Shown: in pieces, positions 60,676 to 64,000 of the stretch | Layout: every line of letters starts with the position of its first letter | Position numbering within the stretch: the first letter of the stretch is position 1 | From: Anaeromyxobacter sp. | GTDB taxonomy: Bacteria > Myxococcota > Myxococcia > Myxococcales > Anaeromyxobacteraceae | Length of the DNA: 64,000 nt | Direction of reading: 5' to 3' | Assembly (NCBI GenBank): GCA_049840735.1 | Contig: JASGJN010000017.1 | Location: forward strand, 288,001-352,000 | Notes under the pieces: generated by a model | Database searches by the model: none | What the model was told of the DNA's origin: nothing | The model's input: the letters and a program-made list of their open reading frames with translations, nothing else | Position numbers and translations under genes: made by a program

Positions 60676-60891
60676 CCCGTAGCCACCGCGCGCGGACGGG
60701 TCCGCCAGGTCAGGTCTGGCGGGCGGTCACGGGTGGTATGGGGTTATCCGCGGGGAGGAGAGGGAGTTAAGCGAAAGCCCCATCAGGGGCGTCACGGCTG
60801 GCTACCGGAAAGTTCTCGCCCGAGGCGGGGGACAGTTGCGCGTGGGGCGTCGCCTTGTCCCAGGAAGCCTGCTGGGCCCGCCCGCGGCCTG
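60676..60891. repeat. ~215-bp direct repeat, copy A (promoter/leader of the giant gene)
   Basis: Near-identical to 62191-62407. Confidence 0.95.
60744..60770 (-). promoter_or_regulatory. Sigma-28 (FliA)-type promoter of the giant YD-repeat gene
   Basis: TTAA-N15-GCGGATAA versus the consensus TAAA-N15-GCCGATAA, about 75 nt upstream of the ATG. Confidence 0.65.
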
Positions 60892-60922
60892 TAATGTAGG
60901 ATGACGCGACCCCTCCCCCCCC
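60891..60922. repeat. ~30-bp motif TAATGTAG(A/G)ATGACGCGACCCCTCCCCCC, copy 1 of 5
   Basis: Other copies at 62167-62193, 62421-62449, 62512-62541 and 62543-62572. Confidence 0.92.
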
Positions 60923-61246
60923 ACTTCAGCCGCTGTGGCGCGATTCCCGTCGCCTCTCGGAACGCCACGAACGTGAGGCCGCTCGCCTCGAACGCCGCCA
61001 GCGCCGCTCGCCCATCGGCTTCGCCCCAGTACCGCCCGGCGGCGAGCCTGCGCAGTTGCGCCCGATCCACCCCGCTGATCCTCTTCGTCGTCGCCACGGT
61101 CACCTCCGTGGCGAAGCCTGCCGAACTGCCGCCAGGCTCGTCAGATGCGGTTCACCGGGCGCTTACAGATGCGGTTCACCGGGCGCTTACGCGAAGCCTG
61201 CCTCGGCGCCCTCACGCTCGGCAGATGCGGTTCACCGGGGGCTTAC
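60923..61246 (-). mobile_element. IS66-family remnant: truncated TnpA-like ORF and three GTAAGC-starting end sequences
   Basis: GTAAGC(G/C)CCCGGTGAACCGCATCT at 61143-61166, 61167-61190 and 61223-61246; ORF from 61103 with AALAAFEASGLTFVAF...GI...RLKW. Confidence 0.72.
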
Positions 61247-61344
61247 GCTCCGACACCATCCTCGCGGTGTGCTCTACCGCCATCGGCACGAACTTCGGCG
61301 AGTCCGCTGGCCGCGGCGCACTCGACCAGAGCTTGATCGATCGT

Positions 61345-61595
61345 TGCGGGATCGAGCACGAGGGCCGCCGCCTCGAACTGCACCCGGTGGACCCGGTCGC
61401 CAACGCCCGCCGCAAACGCCTGCCCCGCAGGCCTGGCGAGGCTCCGGCCACCAGCACCGACTTTGACCCCACCCAGACGCTGCTCGACGCGGCCACCGGC
61501 CGCCGCCGCAAGGAGAACGACCGATGAGGGACTCGTACCTGACCGCCTTCGGGCTGCAGGAGCCGCCGTTCTCGAAAGAGATCGCCGACCAGTGA
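61345..61595 (+). pseudogene. Remnant of a transposase C-terminus coupled to an ExeA-like AAA ATPase N-terminus
   Basis: LHPVDPVANARRKR...KENDR* overlaps (ATGA) MRDSYLTAFGLQEPPFSKEI, which stops after 23 codons. Confidence 0.6.
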
Positions 61596-61637
61596 CTGGC
61601 CTCCTGCCGCATCAACCGGCGTGGCGAGACGTCACGC

Positions 61638-61898
61638 TCATTTCTGCCTTCGAGTCAATCGCCGCAGCACCGCGGCAAGGACCTCGGCGACGGTCCAAAG
61701 AACACCCACGACCAGGAGCGCAAGCGCGGAGTACGCAAGGATGGCCGCGTTCCTCACATGGATTGAATACTCAGCGTACTGCTCCGGCGTTGGGTCCTGA
61801 TATGGAATACCTACATAGTTGACCCAATACAGGAAGGCCAAGAGCCCAAACACTAACCCAGAGACAACAACAGTACGCCGCCATTTATGCCGATTCAT
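61638..61898 (-). CDS. Small two-TM protein, possible orphan immunity protein
   Basis: GGGAGG RBS, two hydrophobic helices flanking GIPYQDPTPE; AT-richer than the host. Confidence 0.7.
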   Translation of the reverse strand: MNRHKWRRTVVVSGLVFGLLAFLYWVNYVGIPYQDPTPEQYAEYSIHVRNAAILAYSALALLVVGVLWTVAEVLAAVLRRLTRRQK

Positions 61899-62105
61899 CT
61901 GGCCCTCCCGCAACTCCGTCGGGCAGTCGTCTATCACTGCATGGATTTCGAAATTGGCGGCGGCATCTCAATGCCAAAAGGACTAGTCGGCGGCTCCGGC
62001 ACGGTGACCGCCAGGTCCGATGGAGCCCACCCTGGTTCCGACACTCCCAGCCCACGCACCGCCGGGGCCCGGGCAGCGGTGATGCCGGTGGAAGTGGGCT
62101 CACCC

Positions 62106-62572
62106 GAGAACCGGTGGCGACACAGCAAGCCTGCCGGGCTCGCCCGCGGCCTGCATATCCGAAACCGTAATGTAGAATGACGCGCCCCCCCCCGTAGCCA
62201 CCGCGCGCGGACGGGTCCGCCAGGTCAGGTCTGGCGGGCGGTCACGGGTGGTATGGGGTTTTCCACGGGGAGGAGAGGGAGTTAAGCGAAAGACCCATCA
62301 GGGGCGTCACGACCGGCTACCGGAAAGTTCTCGCGCGAGGCGGGGGAACAGTTGCGCGTGGGGCGTCGCCTTGCCCCAGGAAGCCTGCTGGGCCCGCCCG
62401 CGGCCTGCATATCCGAAAGTGTAATGTAGGATCACGCGACCCCTACCCCACGAGACCGGTGGCGACACAGCAAGCCTGCCGGGCTCGCCCGCGGCCTGCA
62501 TATCCGAAAGTGTAATGTAGAATGACGCGACCCCTCCCCCCTTAATGTAGAATGACGCGACCCCTCCCCCCC
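62106..62572. repeat. Nested repeat tract: ~58-bp unit (62106-62164, 62452-62509) plus four ~30-bp motif copies
   Basis: CCGGTGGCGACACAGCAAGCCTGCCGGGCTCGCCCGCGGCCTGCATATCCGAAA occurs twice, each time followed by the motif. Confidence 0.9.
62191..62407. repeat. ~215-bp direct repeat, copy B
   Basis: Matches 60676-60891 with a few substitutions; the sigma-28 -10 box is changed to GTGGAAAA. Confidence 0.95.
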
Positions 62573-62704
62573 TGCCCGGCGCGGCAGCGTCGATCCGCGT
62601 GGCGAGGTCTCCAACGAGTGGATCCTTGGAGGTGAAGACTCGGGGGACCCGGGTGGCTGCTGCGTCCTGAATGAGGGGATCAGTCAGGGCGGAGGCCGCA
62701 ATAT

Positions 62705-63169
62705 CTAGCGGGATGCCTCCCGTCTCCCCGGCGGGATCGCTGGGTATGGGGCGGAGTCCTTATCGGTCGGATATCCATCACAGCACCAACGAATGGAACT
62801 GAACCGTTCCAACAGGGCGGCGTGTAACTGAATCGCCACCTCATAGCAGCACGCAGAACTGGCCGATGGAGCTCGACGCATGAGCGAACTCAATAAACCA
62901 ACGTTGCGTGTGGGCGCTATGGTGACGAGCCACTCGCCCGCTACCCCACTCGGCGCCCCCACTATCACTTGAATACTGCTCGCACCTTTCTCCGCGGTAA
63001 CGAACCAGCCGCAGTCTCGCCAATTCTCGAACTCACTGAACTGCCAGCCCTTGCCGACCAGAACCGCCATGAAGAACCTCAGCACCGGCAGACCCGCTGG
63101 CCTGTCATACTCATCGTCTGGAGCCACGTCTCCGACAAAAACAGCATTCTGCGTTACAGCACGCCGCAT
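62705..63169 (-). CDS. Hypothetical protein, possible immunity protein
   Basis: 154-aa AT-richer ORF with globular composition (ENWRDCGW), downstream of a toxin-tip-like ORF. Confidence 0.65.
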   Translation of the reverse strand: MRRAVTQNAVFVGDVAPDDEYDRPAGLPVLRFFMAVLVGKGWQFSEFENWRDCGWFVTAEKGASSIQVIVGAPSGVAGEWLVTIAPTRNVGLLSSLMRRAPSASSACCYEVAIQLHAALLERFSSIRWCCDGYPTDKDSAPYPAIPPGRREASR

Positions 63170-63285
63170 TTACCACTCCCGAGGATCGAGATCGTTGCGC
63201 TGGTCTCCAAATTACTCGCACGCATGGACTGAACTGGAACGGGGACGAGAAGCAGGACAGTCCATCACCCGCAGGGTCGGCCCCC

Positions 63286-64000
63286 TCACCTCCTCCAGCT
63301 ATCCCCGATACCATGGGCCCTCGGCGGGGGCGTCCGAGTCGGAGCATGTATCAGCGCATCCAAGCCTTGCCCTACCTTGACCCCCAGGTATCCTGCCACC
63401 GACGCCGCGGCAGGCGGAACTACTCTGCACGCCCAATCCACCGTCCTCGCATACAGCGCGGTCGAAGGAATTCCCCATTCCGGGGCCATTCCTTTCCAGT
63501 AATTCAGGCTGAGGGTGCGATGAAAGACCCCCCTCAGCGCCGGCTGATTCCACAAGTTGAACCCAGCATTCCGGATTCCCTGCGGAACCCAGGTCCACCT
63601 TTGTGGGAACAGCCAATGATCAAGGCTTCTACCCAATGCTGGACCGTTTTCCGCCCAGTACTCTCTACTGATCCTACCGTAGGAGCGCGGATCATAGAAG
63701 AAGCGCTGGACCCCCGTTGGCAAGCGGTTCCAAGCCCCACGGAAGAAGGCCCCGCCGCCAGCCTCGAGGGCGACGAACGACATCTGAATGCCGGCCGAGA
63801 CCTGGCCTACTTTCAGCGCCAAATCTCCGGCCGGCTGGCCCCCGAGTGCATCCATAACCTGCGAACGCGCGCCCGCCTCACCGGGCCGGCCGCACTGCTG
63901 AGCATACGTAATCAATTTCCATTTTGCATCATCATTGAACTGGGAAACTCCCGCCTCATTTGCGAGCGCGGCAGCAACCGTTCCAGGGGTAGGCACCCAC
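63286..64000 (-). CDS. C-terminal part of a probable polymorphic toxin (5' end likely outside the window)
   Basis: AT-richer open frame with Ala/Gly linker and SLDHWLFPQR...NAGFNL motif. Confidence 0.55.
   Translation of the reverse strand, partial: WVPTPGTVAAALANEAGVSQFNDDAKWKLITYAQQCGRPGEAGARSQVMDALGGQPAGDLALKVGQVSAGIQMSFVALEAGGGAFFRGAWNRLPTGVQRFFYDPRSYGRISREYWAENGPALGRSLDHWLFPQRWTWVPQGIRNAGFNLWNQPALRGVFHRTLSLNYWKGMAPEWGIPSTALYARTVDWACRVVPPAAASVAGYLGVKVGQGLDALIHAPTRTPPPRAHGIGDSWRR

Noticed and set aside
52126..60894. 2,922-aa plus-strand ORF and other long antisense ORFs (e.g. 271-1800, 5612-8860, 30581-34387)
   Set aside because: These are shadow ORFs of GC-rich coding sequence; the recognisable motifs are in other frames or on the other strand.
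60891..62572. CRISPR array formed by the ~30-bp repeats
   Set aside because: Spacing is irregular (about 1 to 1,250 bp), the intervening sequences are themselves repeated, and no cas genes are present.
62512..62572. Tn3-family terminal inverted repeats (GGGGTC-like start)
   Set aside because: All copies are in direct orientation, similarity beyond the first bases is weak, and no Tn3 transposase or resolvase is present.

Overview
Very GC-rich window, most likely from an Anaeromyxobacter-like member of Myxococcota (TIGR04563-type small protein, lysine-degradation genes, gene order). 1-24 kb is mostly core or ordinary genome: ftsH, tilS, amtB, PilZ protein, kce/kal/kamE/kamD, mnmA, hybrid kinase, CCA-adding enzyme, DUF748 protein, a 12-repeat surface lipoprotein and tRNA-Arg(CCT). 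24.2-47.2 kb is one minus-strand cluster of flagellar export-gate, basal-body and hook genes plus a FliA-type sigma factor and a TPR protein. It has no flagellin, hook-filament junction, cap, stator, FlgM or chemotaxis genes, and its FliG and FliM are reduced. Directly upstream on the same strand is a ~4,080-aa YD-repeat/LysM protein with a C-terminal GHSLG lipase tip, followed by a signal-peptide ankyrin protein (likely immunity). The giant gene has a near-consensus sigma-28 promoter. 60.7-64 kb holds a duplicated promoter block, five copies of a ~30-bp junction motif, IS remnants and AT-richer orphan toxin/immunity-like ORFs. Main hypothesis (inference): a flagellum-derived, non-motile export apparatus dedicated to a giant polymorphic toxin. 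Many unrelated genes carry 1-nt frameshifts, which suggests sequencing or assembly error. All calls come from reading the sequence and translations; no searches were run.
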